From: Alphaproteobacteria bacterium
GTDB lineage: Bacteria; Pseudomonadota; Alphaproteobacteria; Rs-D84
Length of the DNA: 64,000 bases
NCBI GenBank assembly: GCA_015062445.1
Contig: SUUQ01000006.1
Coordinates: forward strand, 1,142-65,141
Reading direction: 5' to 3'
Shown in pieces: positions 21,131-30,359 of the stretch. The notes beneath the pieces are model-generated. The model ran no database searches. It saw only the letters and a list, made by a program, of their open reading frames with translations, and was not told where the DNA came from. The translations under genes were made by a program, and so were the position numbers. Numbering within the stretch: the stretch's first letter is position 1; each line of letters begins with the position of its first letter.

Positions 21131-22948
21131 CTACTTCTTTTCTTCATCTTTTCCCAAACCAATTGATGTTTTGATTGGTTCGATAATAGATTCTTTGACT
21201 GTATCCTTGGCACTATCCAATGTATTAATAATTGGTTCGATAATAGATTCTTTGACTGTATCCTTGGCACTATCCAATGTATTAATAATTGGCTCAATAA
21301 TAGTTTCTTTGACACCATCCCTGGCACTATCCAACGTACGAATCAGTGCCCGTCTGATTTTACCACTGATTGTCAGTGGCAAACTGTCAACAAATTCGAT
21401 TACCCGTGGGCATTTATAGTGTGCCGCCCGTGTCCTGGCAAAGTCCTGTAATTGTCGCACCAGCACATCTGATGGCACAAAATATTTATTCAACACAATT
21501 GTTGCCTTGACCGCCATACCACGTGCTGGGTCTGGCACCCCTGTAACCGCAACTTCCCGAACGGCGGGATGTTCTGTTAAAACAGATTCTACTTCAAATG
21601 GGCTGACACGATATCCACTGGTTTTAATCAAATCATCATTACGTCCAACGAACCAAAAGTATCCATCCGCATCCCGATATGCCATATCCCCTGTATGATA
21701 ATATCCATCACGACACACCGCCGCAGTCTGTTTTTCATTTTTATGATACCCCTGGAACAGCCCCAGCGGCTTTTTATCTTTTACCTGCACACATATTTCA
21801 CCAACTGTATCTGGTTCCAAGATTTCACGCCCCCGTTCATCAACCAGTTTTATATTCCACCCTGCTGCCGGCATTCCCATTGAACCTGGCTTTGGTTCAA
21901 TCCACTGGTTGTTGAACAGCAGCACACATGTTTCCGTCTGTCCGAACCCCTCGCGCAGCTTAATTCCTGTATATTCGAAAAACCTTTCATAAACATCTGG
22001 ATTCAGCGCCTCGCCTGCGACATCCGCCTTGACCAGCGAAGACAAATCGTACCGTGCCATATCTGCATGAATCATCATTTTATATGCTGTTGGTGGTGCA
22101 CAAAAAGATGTAATTTTATTTTCACTGATTGCCGTCAACAAATCATGTGCGGTAAACACCCGGCTAAAGTCAAACACGAACACCGTTGCCCCTGCCAACC
22201 ACTGACCATACATTTTTCCCCACGAACACTTTGCCCACCCCGATTCGGATAAAGTAAAGTGAATATCACCTGGCACCAGTCTTTGCCAAAACACAGCAGT
22301 ATTAATATGCCCCAGCGGATATGCAAAATTATGCGCCACCATTTTTGGCATATCTGTTGTTCCACTGGTAAAGTACACAACCATCGTATCTGAATTTTCA
22401 TTTGGCACACGTTCGAATGTATTCTGTCCCGATTCGCACGCCTGTGCGACATCGTCTGCACTTATAATTTGAATACCCTCATTATCACCGATTGCCAACC
22501 GAATTTCATTCAGTACATTACCATCATCAAAAGCAATAACCGTATGAACATCTGCGGCATCTAATCTGAACTTAATATCCTTGTTCTTCAATTGATTTGT
22601 TGATGGGATTGGAATTGCCCCCATTTTATGCATTGCCATCATCAGCACCCAGTATTCCCACCGTCGCCGCATAAACAGCATCACCGTATCTCCCCGCTTT
22701 ATTCCCCGTTGTGTCAAGAAATTTGCGACTGCATTTGACCACTGTGCCAGCATCTTAAACGTGATTAATTTTTTTTCACCTGCATCATTTACCCAAATAA
22801 TTGCAATCTTATCTGGTGTTTCATTTGCAATAACATCAACAACATCATAGGCAAAATTAAAATTATCTGGCACAACAGGAGCAGCATTTTGAACATAATC
22901 ATCATAGCTATCAAACCTATCTTGATTCAAGAACCGCTTTGCGAACAT
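21131..22948 (-). CDS. Acyl-CoA synthetase (AMP-forming) with a C-terminal repeat tail
   Basis: YFTSGTTDMPK, EGFGQTET, YHTGD, GRNDDLIKTSGYRVSPFEVES, LPLTISGKIRR; start moved to MFAK at 22948. Confidence 0.93.
   Translation of the reverse strand: MFAKRFLNQDRFDSYDDYVQNAAPVVPDNFNFAYDVVDVIANETPDKIAIIWVNDAGEKKLITFKMLAQWSNAVANFLTQRGIKRGDTVMLFMRRRWEYWVLMMAMHKMGAIPIPSTNQLKNKDIKFRLDAADVHTVIAFDDGNVLNEIRLAIGDNEGIQIISADDVAQACESGQNTFERVPNENSDTMVVYFTSGTTDMPKMVAHNFAYPLGHINTAVFWQRLVPGDIHFTLSESGWAKCSWGKMYGQWLAGATVFVFDFSRVFTAHDLLTAISENKITSFCAPPTAYKMMIHADMARYDLSSLVKADVAGEALNPDVYERFFEYTGIKLREGFGQTETCVLLFNNQWIEPKPGSMGMPAAGWNIKLVDERGREILEPDTVGEICVQVKDKKPLGLFQGYHKNEKQTAAVCRDGYYHTGDMAYRDADGYFWFVGRNDDLIKTSGYRVSPFEVESVLTEHPAVREVAVTGVPDPARGMAVKATIVLNKYFVPSDVLVRQLQDFARTRAAHYKCPRVIEFVDSLPLTISGKIRRALIRTLDSARDGVKETIIEPIINTLDSAKDTVKESIIEPIINTLDSAKDTVKESIIEPIKTSIGLGKDEEKK
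21174..21338. repeat. 57-bp tandem repeat, about 3 copies, in the 3' end of the acyl-CoA synthetase gene
   Basis: Encodes three copies of the TLDSAKDTVKESIIEPIIN consensus; two are nearly identical at DNA level. Confidence 0.92.
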
Positions 22949-23055
22949 CTTATTCCCTTTTACTTTATGCACAAAATAAATATGGCACACAATCAGAAAA
23001 AAACAAGACCACAGATTATTTTTTTTGACCCCCGAAACAAGAATCAAATAAACGA

Positions 23056-23084
23056 TTGCATTTTTCTACAAAAGGTCGCATAAT
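23056..23084 (+). promoter_or_regulatory. Putative tRNA promoter
   Basis: TTGCAT-17 nt-CATAAT 11 nt upstream of the tRNA. Confidence 0.6.
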
Positions 23085-23095
23085 CATCAGCACAT

Positions 23096-23172
23096 CGGAG
23101 TATAGCTCAGCCTGGTAGAGTGCTACGTTCGGGACGTAGAGGTCGTGGGTTCGAACCCCGCTACTCCGACCA
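23096..23172 (+). tRNA. tRNA-Pro(CGG)
   Basis: CGGAGTATAGCTCAGCCTGGTAGAG; anticodon arm ctacg-ttCGGga-cgtag; GGTTCGAACCC; encoded CCA end. Confidence 0.97.
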
Positions 23173-23343
23173 TAAAATCAAAGCCACCGTTTGGTGGTTT
23201 TTATTTTATGAATGGGGTACGAGGTCGATACCCCACATTGTGAAACAATGTCGGTTCGACAATAAGTAAGCGAGAACGAGCAAATGCGAAGTTCAAGCGC
23301 TAACGCATGCCCCACAGCCGGTGTAAAACACCGTGCGAGGGAC

Positions 23344-23364
23344 CCCCGCTACTCCGACCATAAA
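23344..23364 (+). repeat. Direct repeat of the tRNA-Pro 3' end (att-like)
   Basis: ccccgctactccgaccataaa is identical to 23156-23176. Confidence 0.9.
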
Positions 23365-23389
23365 TAAAAAACCGCCATACGGCGGTTTT

Positions 23390-23710
23390 TTATCTATTTT
23401 GTGTTTGCTGTTTCAATTTTGCAGGTTGTATAACCGCAAACAAATAGCCCATCTGCCCAAACAAATCAGAATATTGATGCGTATTCAATTCTAATTTTTT
23501 ACCATCAACAAATACACCATAATCACTGGACGCAAACTTAATTTTTGGATTATTAGTTTCTACCCCACGAGCAACTACACGCGGCATACCCAATCCACCA
23601 AATTCATATTCCCAAATATCCAAACCAGATACTTGTCCGACTTTCTTTCCATTAATCCAAACATTTGTATTTGGATTAGTTAATTGATTTTTTATTGTTT
23701 CATAATTCAT
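23390..23710 (-). CDS. Hypothetical protein (106 aa)
   Basis: GGAGG RBS; followed by a terminator; no family recognised. Confidence 0.7.
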   Translation of the reverse strand: MNYETIKNQLTNPNTNVWINGKKVGQVSGLDIWEYEFGGLGMPRVVARGVETNNPKIKFASSDYGVFVDGKKLELNTHQYSDLFGQMGYLFAVIQPAKLKQQTQNR

Positions 23711-23750
23711 AACAGCCTCCTAAACAATTATTATCACTACACCAGATATC

Positions 23751-25001
23751 TTATTGAACCTTTTTCAGCACCAACGATGCATTTGTTCCACCAAACCCGA
23801 AAGAATTGCTGATTGCAACATCGACCTTGCGTTTTTTTGCGACATGCGGCACCAGGTCAAAGTTCCCAACGGCATCTTCTGGGTCATCCAGATTAATTGT
23901 TGGTGGCACGACGCCATCACGAATCGCACAAACACAGAATATCGCCTCGACGGCACCAGCCGCCCCCAGCAAATGTCCTGTCATTGACTTTGTTGAAGAC
24001 ATCGATACATCCATACCATCAAACAATTCTTGCACAGCGGCCAATTCGCCGACATCCCCCAAACCTGTTGATGTACCATGCGCATTTACATAGTCAACAT
24101 CTGCCGGATTCAAATCTGCATCTTTCAGTGCCGCAGCCATTGCCCGTTTTCCGCCTTCGCCATTTGGGGCTGGCGCTGTGATATGATATGCATCCGCCGA
24201 CAACCCATACCCAGCAACTTCGGCATAGATTTTTGCACCACGTTTAACGGCATGTTCGTATTCTTCCAGCACTAAAATACCTGCCCCCTCGGCCATAATA
24301 AACCCATCACGATTTTTATCCCATGGACGTGATGCTTTTTCAGGTTCATCATTACGTGTACTCAGCGCCTTCATTGCCGAAAATCCTGCCAGCGCAATAC
24401 GGCTAACTGCACCTTCGGTACCACCGCACACCATAACATCTGCGTCACCATGTTGAATTAAGCGCACGGCCTCACCAATTGAATGTGCACCTGTTGCGCA
24501 TGCAGTAACAATTGAAATATTTGGTCCCTGCAGTCCATATTTAATTGAAATATTTCCTGCCGCCATATTAATAATCCCTTTTGGGATAAAGAACGGACTG
24601 ACCCGTCTTGGTCCACCGGTATACAATTCAATACAATTATCATAAATTGTATTAAATCCGCCGATACCACTTCCTACGGACACACCGATACGTGTTTTAT
24701 CCCCGGTATAATTATCCAGTCCTGCATCCTTCAGTGCTTCATCTGCTGCGACAACGGCATAAACGATACACTTATCCATTTTTCTTTGTTCACGTGGTTC
24801 AACCACTGCATCTGGATTAAACATTCCAGGTTCTGTTCCCTGCTGTGGGATACCTGCGATTTGCGAAGCCAAATCAGACACATCAAAAGAATCAATCTTT
24901 TTTACCCCGGATTTACCATCCAACAAACTTTTCCATGCATGCTCTACCCCTGTACCCACAGGCGACACAATTCCCATTCCTGTAACAACGACTCTTTTCA
25001 T
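23751..25001 (-). CDS. fabF: 3-oxoacyl-ACP synthase II
   Basis: MKRVVVTGMG, TACATGAHSIG, NAHGTST, KSMTGHLLGAAG, SNSFGFGGTN. Confidence 0.98.
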   Translation of the reverse strand: MKRVVVTGMGIVSPVGTGVEHAWKSLLDGKSGVKKIDSFDVSDLASQIAGIPQQGTEPGMFNPDAVVEPREQRKMDKCIVYAVVAADEALKDAGLDNYTGDKTRIGVSVGSGIGGFNTIYDNCIELYTGGPRRVSPFFIPKGIINMAAGNISIKYGLQGPNISIVTACATGAHSIGEAVRLIQHGDADVMVCGGTEGAVSRIALAGFSAMKALSTRNDEPEKASRPWDKNRDGFIMAEGAGILVLEEYEHAVKRGAKIYAEVAGYGLSADAYHITAPAPNGEGGKRAMAAALKDADLNPADVDYVNAHGTSTGLGDVGELAAVQELFDGMDVSMSSTKSMTGHLLGAAGAVEAIFCVCAIRDGVVPPTINLDDPEDAVGNFDLVPHVAKKRKVDVAISNSFGFGGTNASLVLKKVQ

Positions 25002-25127
25002 AATTTATAATCCTTTATACTAAGATACACCCACATGATACCTGTTTTAATACCCAAAACACAACAAAAAAATCCGCCCACCAAACGGCGGGCGAACAAA
25101 AGTCATAATTCCAAATCAACCAAGAAC

Positions 25128-25364
25128 TTATTTCTTTTTATTTTCTTCGATGTATTTAACTGCATCGCCAACTTTTTCCAACTTTGCTGCTGCATCATCT
25201 GGAATAGTGATATCGAATTCTTTTTCCACTTCCATAACGAATTCAACAACGTCCAAAGAATCCGCACCCAAATCATTAACGAATGCTGCATCTTCTGTAA
25301 CTTTTTCTGCTGGCACACCCAGTTTTTCAGCTACGATTTTTTTTACTTGTTCAAAAGTTGTCAT
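25128..25364 (-). CDS. acpP: Acyl carrier protein
   Basis: [11 protein letters not shown]; acidic, 78 aa; upstream of fabF. Confidence 0.98.
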   Translation of the reverse strand: MTTFEQVKKIVAEKLGVPAEKVTEDAAFVNDLGADSLDVVEFVMEVEKEFDITIPDDAAAKLEKVGDAVKYIEENKKK

Positions 25365-25423
25365 TTTTTTTCCTTTGTTTTTGTTAAATAGTTTGGTCTA
25401 TACCATGACCGTCATTGCATATT

Positions 25424-25452
25424 AAGCTATCATTTTATACCACACGTGTCAA
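25424..25452 (-). promoter_or_regulatory. Putative acpP promoter
   Basis: TTGACA-17 nt-TAGCTT on the minus strand. Confidence 0.6.
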
Positions 25453-25494
25453 GGAATTATAACAAACGATAACAAACACTTGACAAACATAAAA

Positions 25495-26502
25495 TTATAT
25501 GCTGTTGTCAAAAAGTTCGTCCAACAGATTGTTCATATTCACTCTCAGGTCTTCTTTATCTGGGGCCCATACGACCTGTCGCACCAAGAACTTATACACA
25601 TCATCCATTGTCAGATTCGGAATACCTGCCTGCTTGACGACTTTTTTCCATGTCGTCCGTGGGTCCATGATATGCATTCCCCCCCGTCCTGGAAAGACCC
25701 ATTGTCCATCCTGTGGCAAATCCTGCAGCAAAACGATTGCCCTGTCTGACAACGGCCAATCATTCCACATATCGTGATTAAAATCGAAATCTTCCCATGC
25801 CATTGCCAATACTTTTGATCGTGGCACAAACCCATACACCAGCATCAAAAATGCCGACCGCAACACCGCATCATCCATATCATTAATGACATTGACCAAT
25901 CTGTTCAATCCTGCTCGATTAAGTGGTCTAATCCGACGATTTTGTTTTATTTTGGGCAATCCCTGTACTGGATTAAATTTCACATACCCCATATCTAATG
26001 CATAGTTAAACACACTCTGCAACAATTCCTGCATCCGTGCAGCGATTGCATTTCCCTGGATTTTATTAATAACATTTTGCACATCATCGACTGTAATCTC
26101 TGCGATTTTTATATCAAACAAATCAGCCAAATGTCGATTAATTGCCCGCACCAGCTTTGCATGTGAAAACTCTTCACGTCTGACCTTGTTGGCCAGATAT
26201 AAATCCAAGAACCTTTTGAATGTAATTTTTTTTCTACGAACCGGCGGTTTTTTCTGTGCGTTTTCCAAGATTCCCGCCACAGCTCCCCGCGCCTCTTCTA
26301 TATCTGTTTCTGGATATTTACCGATTAAAATACGTTTATCTTTGCCCCGCACCCGTTTCCGCACAAAGAACGTTTTGACCCCCCGACTGGTGATATACAT
26401 ACGCAGCCGTGGCTCAGACAAATCCTGAACGACATCAAACCCCGCCACTGGTGCCGGCAGATTATCCAGGATATACGGATTAAAAAAGAACTGGTGTGCC
26501 AT
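25495..26502 (-). CDS. P4-type integrase-like protein (arm-DNA-binding and core-binding domains) with catalytic residues lost
   Basis: N-terminal LRMYITSRGVKTFFVRKRVRGKDKRILIGKYP arm-binding pattern; degenerate recombinase boxes; no HxxR or nucleophile Tyr. Confidence 0.8.
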   Translation of the reverse strand: MAHQFFFNPYILDNLPAPVAGFDVVQDLSEPRLRMYITSRGVKTFFVRKRVRGKDKRILIGKYPETDIEEARGAVAGILENAQKKPPVRRKKITFKRFLDLYLANKVRREEFSHAKLVRAINRHLADLFDIKIAEITVDDVQNVINKIQGNAIAARMQELLQSVFNYALDMGYVKFNPVQGLPKIKQNRRIRPLNRAGLNRLVNVINDMDDAVLRSAFLMLVYGFVPRSKVLAMAWEDFDFNHDMWNDWPLSDRAIVLLQDLPQDGQWVFPGRGGMHIMDPRTTWKKVVKQAGIPNLTMDDVYKFLVRQVVWAPDKEDLRVNMNNLLDELFDNSI

Positions 26503-26521
26503 GGGCCACCCCTTTGGTTAT

Positions 26522-26875
26522 TTATTTTACATTTTGAAATTTATTATGCCAGAACGTAAAGAACTTCAAACTTGCCTCATCACGCTGTTCAACAAGCTCC
26601 CAGTACCGATTATGTATCCAGGCTACCGGACAAGAGCTATCACAGTTATGATTAAAGAATTTTTTACAATAATTCGTCATTGGCTGTTTACCTGTCTGCA
26701 CAGTTTCCAAACAACACCTATCATTATTTGCGTGCCCCTTTGTTTGCACCATATCATAATAATAATTCATATCATCCGTACATGAATGCAAATTTTTTTT
26801 ACATTTTTTATACTCTTTCCAGTCTACCAAAATCTGGGTCACTGGTGTTTTTTTTACATAATTCACAAAGCTCAT
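26522..26875 (-). CDS. Hypothetical Cys-rich protein
   Basis: 117-aa ORF with 7 Cys, AAGGA RBS, co-oriented after lepA. Confidence 0.65.
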   Translation of the reverse strand: MSFVNYVKKTPVTQILVDWKEYKKCKKNLHSCTDDMNYYYDMVQTKGHANNDRCCLETVQTGKQPMTNYCKKFFNHNCDSSCPVAWIHNRYWELVEQRDEASLKFFTFWHNKFQNVK

Positions 26876-26895
26876 ATCTTTTTTTATCCTTTATT

Positions 26896-28692
26896 TTAAT
26901 TTGATACCTTTAACGCATTAATAAATGCAGACTGTGGAATTTCTACATTACCAAAAGAACGCATACGCTTTTTACCCTCTTTCTGTTTTTCCAGCAGTTT
27001 ACGTTTACGTGTTATATCCCCGCCATAGCACTTTGCTGTCACATCTTTTCGATATGCTGCGATTGTCTCGCGTGCGATAATTTTTCCACCGATTGCGGCC
27101 TGCAACGGGATTTTGAATTGATGTCTTGGGATTAAATCCTTTAACTTTTCGACAATCTGCCGCCCACGTTTTTCTGCAAAAGATCGGTGACACATGAACG
27201 ACAACGGTTCTACATTTTCTTCATTGACCAGAATATTAACCTTGACCAAATCTGACGGCTGATACCCATAGACCACATAGTCAAACGATGCATACCCCGA
27301 CGAAATAGATTTCACCCTGTCATAGAAATCGAACACAATTTCTGCCAATGGCAACTGATACACCAGCACTGCCCGATTCCCGACATAGGAAATATTTTCC
27401 TGGACACCGCGTCTTTCTGAACACAGCGACATAATACCGCCCATATATTTATCTGGCATCATAATTGTTGCCCGCACCCACGGTTCTTCGATTGCTTCAA
27501 TTTTTGTGGGCTCTGGCATATCGGCTGGATTTTCCAGATCAATTACTTCGCCATTTCTTAAATGAATTTTATACAGCACACTTGGCACAGTGTTTATCAG
27601 ATTCAGATTAAATTCACGTGCCAATCGCTCGCTGATAATTTCCATATGCAGCAAACCCAGGAAACCACACCGCAACCCGAAACCCAACGCAGACGACTTT
27701 TCAACAGTGAACATAAAAGACGCATCATTCAATGCCAACTTTTCTGCACTTTCCCGAAACGTTAGATAATCATCTGCCTCGACTGGAAAGAACGAAGAAA
27801 ACACCACTGGAACAGATGGTTTAAATCCTGGCAACATCTGCGCATTTTCTGCCCGTACATCGATAATTGTATCTCCAACTTTACAGTCATGAATTGTCTT
27901 CATTCCCGTGATAATAAATCCAATTTCACCGGTATGCAGGACATCAACATTAACCATTTTTGGTGTAAAGTATCCAATTTTATCCACGACATATTCTGCC
28001 CCAGTTGCCATAAATTTAATTTTCTGACCACGATGCAGTTTTCCATCAACCACCCGCACCAGGATAACCACCCCCAGATACGAATCATACCACGAATCGA
28101 CCAACAGTGCCCGTGTTGCTGCATTTTCATCACCATGTGGTGGCGGCAACTTATTTACAATTTCTTCCAACAGTTCTGGCACCCCATCGCCTGTTTTACC
28201 CGACACCGCCAACGCATCATTTGCATCCAGTCCGATAACATCTGCGATTTGTTCACGTGTCGCCTGCACATCACTGGACGGCAAATCAATTTTATTCAGC
28301 ACCGGCAACATTTCCAAATCATTATCCAGCGCCAGATATGCATTTGCCAACGTCTGCGCCTGCACCCCTTGTGTTGCATCGACCAGCACCAATGCCCCTT
28401 CACATGCCGCCAACGACCGTGACACTTCGTACGAGAAGTCCACATGTCCCGGCGTATCCATCAGATTCAATTGATACGTTTCACCATTTTTTGCTGTATA
28501 ATTCAGTCGCACAGTCTGTGCCTTAATCGTGATACCCCGTTCCCGTTCAATATCCATAGAATCCAGCACTTGTGCCTTCATCTCGCGTGATTGCAGCCCG
28601 CCTGTAAACTCGATTAAACGGTCTGACAGAGTTGACTTTCCATGGTCAATATGTGCAACGATTGAAAAATTACGGATATTTGCCTGCTTCAT
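26896..28692 (-). CDS. lepA: Elongation factor 4 (LepA)
   Basis: [55 protein letters not shown]. Confidence 0.99.
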   Translation of the reverse strand: MKQANIRNFSIVAHIDHGKSTLSDRLIEFTGGLQSREMKAQVLDSMDIERERGITIKAQTVRLNYTAKNGETYQLNLMDTPGHVDFSYEVSRSLAACEGALVLVDATQGVQAQTLANAYLALDNDLEMLPVLNKIDLPSSDVQATREQIADVIGLDANDALAVSGKTGDGVPELLEEIVNKLPPPHGDENAATRALLVDSWYDSYLGVVILVRVVDGKLHRGQKIKFMATGAEYVVDKIGYFTPKMVNVDVLHTGEIGFIITGMKTIHDCKVGDTIIDVRAENAQMLPGFKPSVPVVFSSFFPVEADDYLTFRESAEKLALNDASFMFTVEKSSALGFGLRCGFLGLLHMEIISERLAREFNLNLINTVPSVLYKIHLRNGEVIDLENPADMPEPTKIEAIEEPWVRATIMMPDKYMGGIMSLCSERRGVQENISYVGNRAVLVYQLPLAEIVFDFYDRVKSISSGYASFDYVVYGYQPSDLVKVNILVNEENVEPLSFMCHRSFAEKRGRQIVEKLKDLIPRHQFKIPLQAAIGGKIIARETIAAYRKDVTAKCYGGDITRKRKLLEKQKEGKKRMRSFGNVEIPQSAFINALKVSN

Positions 28693-28734
28693 ACACGAAC
28701 ACCTATTATTTCATGCGGCAATGATATACCAGTA

Positions 28735-29328
28735 TTAACGACTTTTCAAGTTGTAATTCTGCCAATATTTCAAAAAAGCATCCCTATTTTGCAACTCAAC
28801 AGGAATATATGCCTGTCGCAAAGCGACAAACATTTTCAGTAATTTCTGTGATCGGCCAATACTGCCGGCATCAAAATCCGCCAATTCCAAATAAAAATTA
28901 TCCTTTTTGCGCCGCACATACAGACAAATATATGGATAAATTTCAAACGGATGACCGCCATTATAGGCATATTTATCATACCATTTTTGGAAATCCTTGG
29001 GGCAATCCGGCTTTTCAATAGTACCAAAATTATCTATTGCATCCCCCACCCAATTTACAGTGTATTTATTATATGCCAAAACATCATCCGACAAAAAAAT
29101 ATCAGGGTTTAACTTATACCGTTGCGCCTTGTCCACCATCCACCGTTGCATTTGCTTCACATATTTTGCATCAGGTTGCAAAACACTGCTATCAAAGCCA
29201 GACAAAGCATATTTTACTGCCTTAAAGTAATAATTACGTGTCATTTCCGCAATCGGCTGTCCTGGCACATGCAATTCTCTGTGCAAAACTTCCAAATCAG
29301 TTTTAGAAAAATCGTGCGATTGACCCAT
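28735..29328 (-). CDS. Hypothetical protein (197 aa)
   Basis: ORF abutting the rbfA stop; GGHPFEI motif; no confident family. Confidence 0.7.
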   Translation of the reverse strand: MGQSHDFSKTDLEVLHRELHVPGQPIAEMTRNYYFKAVKYALSGFDSSVLQPDAKYVKQMQRWMVDKAQRYKLNPDIFLSDDVLAYNKYTVNWVGDAIDNFGTIEKPDCPKDFQKWYDKYAYNGGHPFEIYPYICLYVRRKKDNFYLELADFDAGSIGRSQKLLKMFVALRQAYIPVELQNRDAFLKYWQNYNLKSR

Positions 29329-29679
29329 TTACAACTTGCTCAACAATTCATCTATTCGCTCGGCGCGTTCCAAGGTATCATCGTATGCAAATTTAATATC
29401 TGGCACATACTTTTGATTCATTCTGTGTGCCAATTCGAACCGCACTGTACGTGTAATCTCATCCAGTTTTTTTTGCACAGCCGCAACATCTGCATTTCGT
29501 GTGTAGAAAAACAACCGCACGAATTGCAATCCACCGTGCGCCACCGCCCCAACCAAGGACACCCCCGCAATCAAAGGGTCATCACTATAGTTATCCCGCA
29601 GAATTTCTGCGACCAGTGTTTGCACTTTACTGGCGACTCGTTCACCACGATTTGAATTACTAAATTGTTTTTTTGGCAT
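29329..29679 (-). CDS. rbfA: Ribosome-binding factor A
   Basis: RGERVASKVQTLVAEIL, KYVPDIKFAYDDTLERAERIDELL. Confidence 0.9.
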   Translation of the reverse strand: MPKKQFSNSNRGERVASKVQTLVAEILRDNYSDDPLIAGVSLVGAVAHGGLQFVRLFFYTRNADVAAVQKKLDEITRTVRFELAHRMNQKYVPDIKFAYDDTLERAERIDELLSKL

Positions 29680-29770
29680 AGTACTCTCTATTGCATGTTA
29701 ATTTAATTGTAAAATAGTATTTTATAATTTACAATCAAGTAAATTTTTTTAATACGGGGGAAAACGAACA

Positions 29771-30346
29771 ATGAAATTTTCAGAATACATATTAAAGAAA
29801 TCAGAATCACGTGGCTATTCATGGATTGTATTTTTATTAACGATATGCGAATCCATATTTTTGTTTATCCCACCCGAAGTCTTTATGACCCCACCAATTA
29901 TTGCGAACAAACGTCGTGCCGTACCAATTACAGTTGCAGCATCGCTTGGATCATTGGTTGGCGGTACCATTGCATATATGATTGGGATGTGGCTGTATGA
30001 TTCTGTTGGGATATGGCTAATTGAAACATTTTCGAATCCCGCATTGATTGACAGTACGATAAAACCGATGTTCAGCAAATATGGCATAATGATAATTGTG
30101 CTGACTGCCGTAACCCCGATTCCATACAAACTGTTGGCAATATGGTTGGGTTTTATCGGCTATCCACTGTGGATATTTTTGGCGGTCTCTGCGGTATTCC
30201 GCACAGGTCGCTTTGCGATTGTTGGCACCCTGTTATACCTGTTCCAGGAACGTGCCAATTCGATTGTCCAGAAATACTTTTGGCCACTGACATTGGCTGC
30301 GATAATTGCGGCTGGACTGGGCATATTTTTAATCAGTCTATTTTAA
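29771..30346 (+). CDS. YqaA/DedA-family membrane protein
   Basis: ESIFLFIPPEVF, GSLVGGTIAYMIG, TPIPYKL, RTGRF. Confidence 0.88.
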   Translation: MKFSEYILKKSESRGYSWIVFLLTICESIFLFIPPEVFMTPPIIANKRRAVPITVAASLGSLVGGTIAYMIGMWLYDSVGIWLIETFSNPALIDSTIKPMFSKYGIMIIVLTAVTPIPYKLLAIWLGFIGYPLWIFLAVSAVFRTGRFAIVGTLLYLFQERANSIVQKYFWPLTLAAIIAAGLGIFLISLF

Positions 30347-30359
30347 TCCCAGGAACCCC

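Noticed and set aside
23096-26502. Prophage or genomic island anchored at tRNA-Pro using the nearby integrase
   Set aside because: The att-like repeat encloses under 200 bp; core genes fabF and acpP lie between it and the integrase, which lacks catalytic residues.
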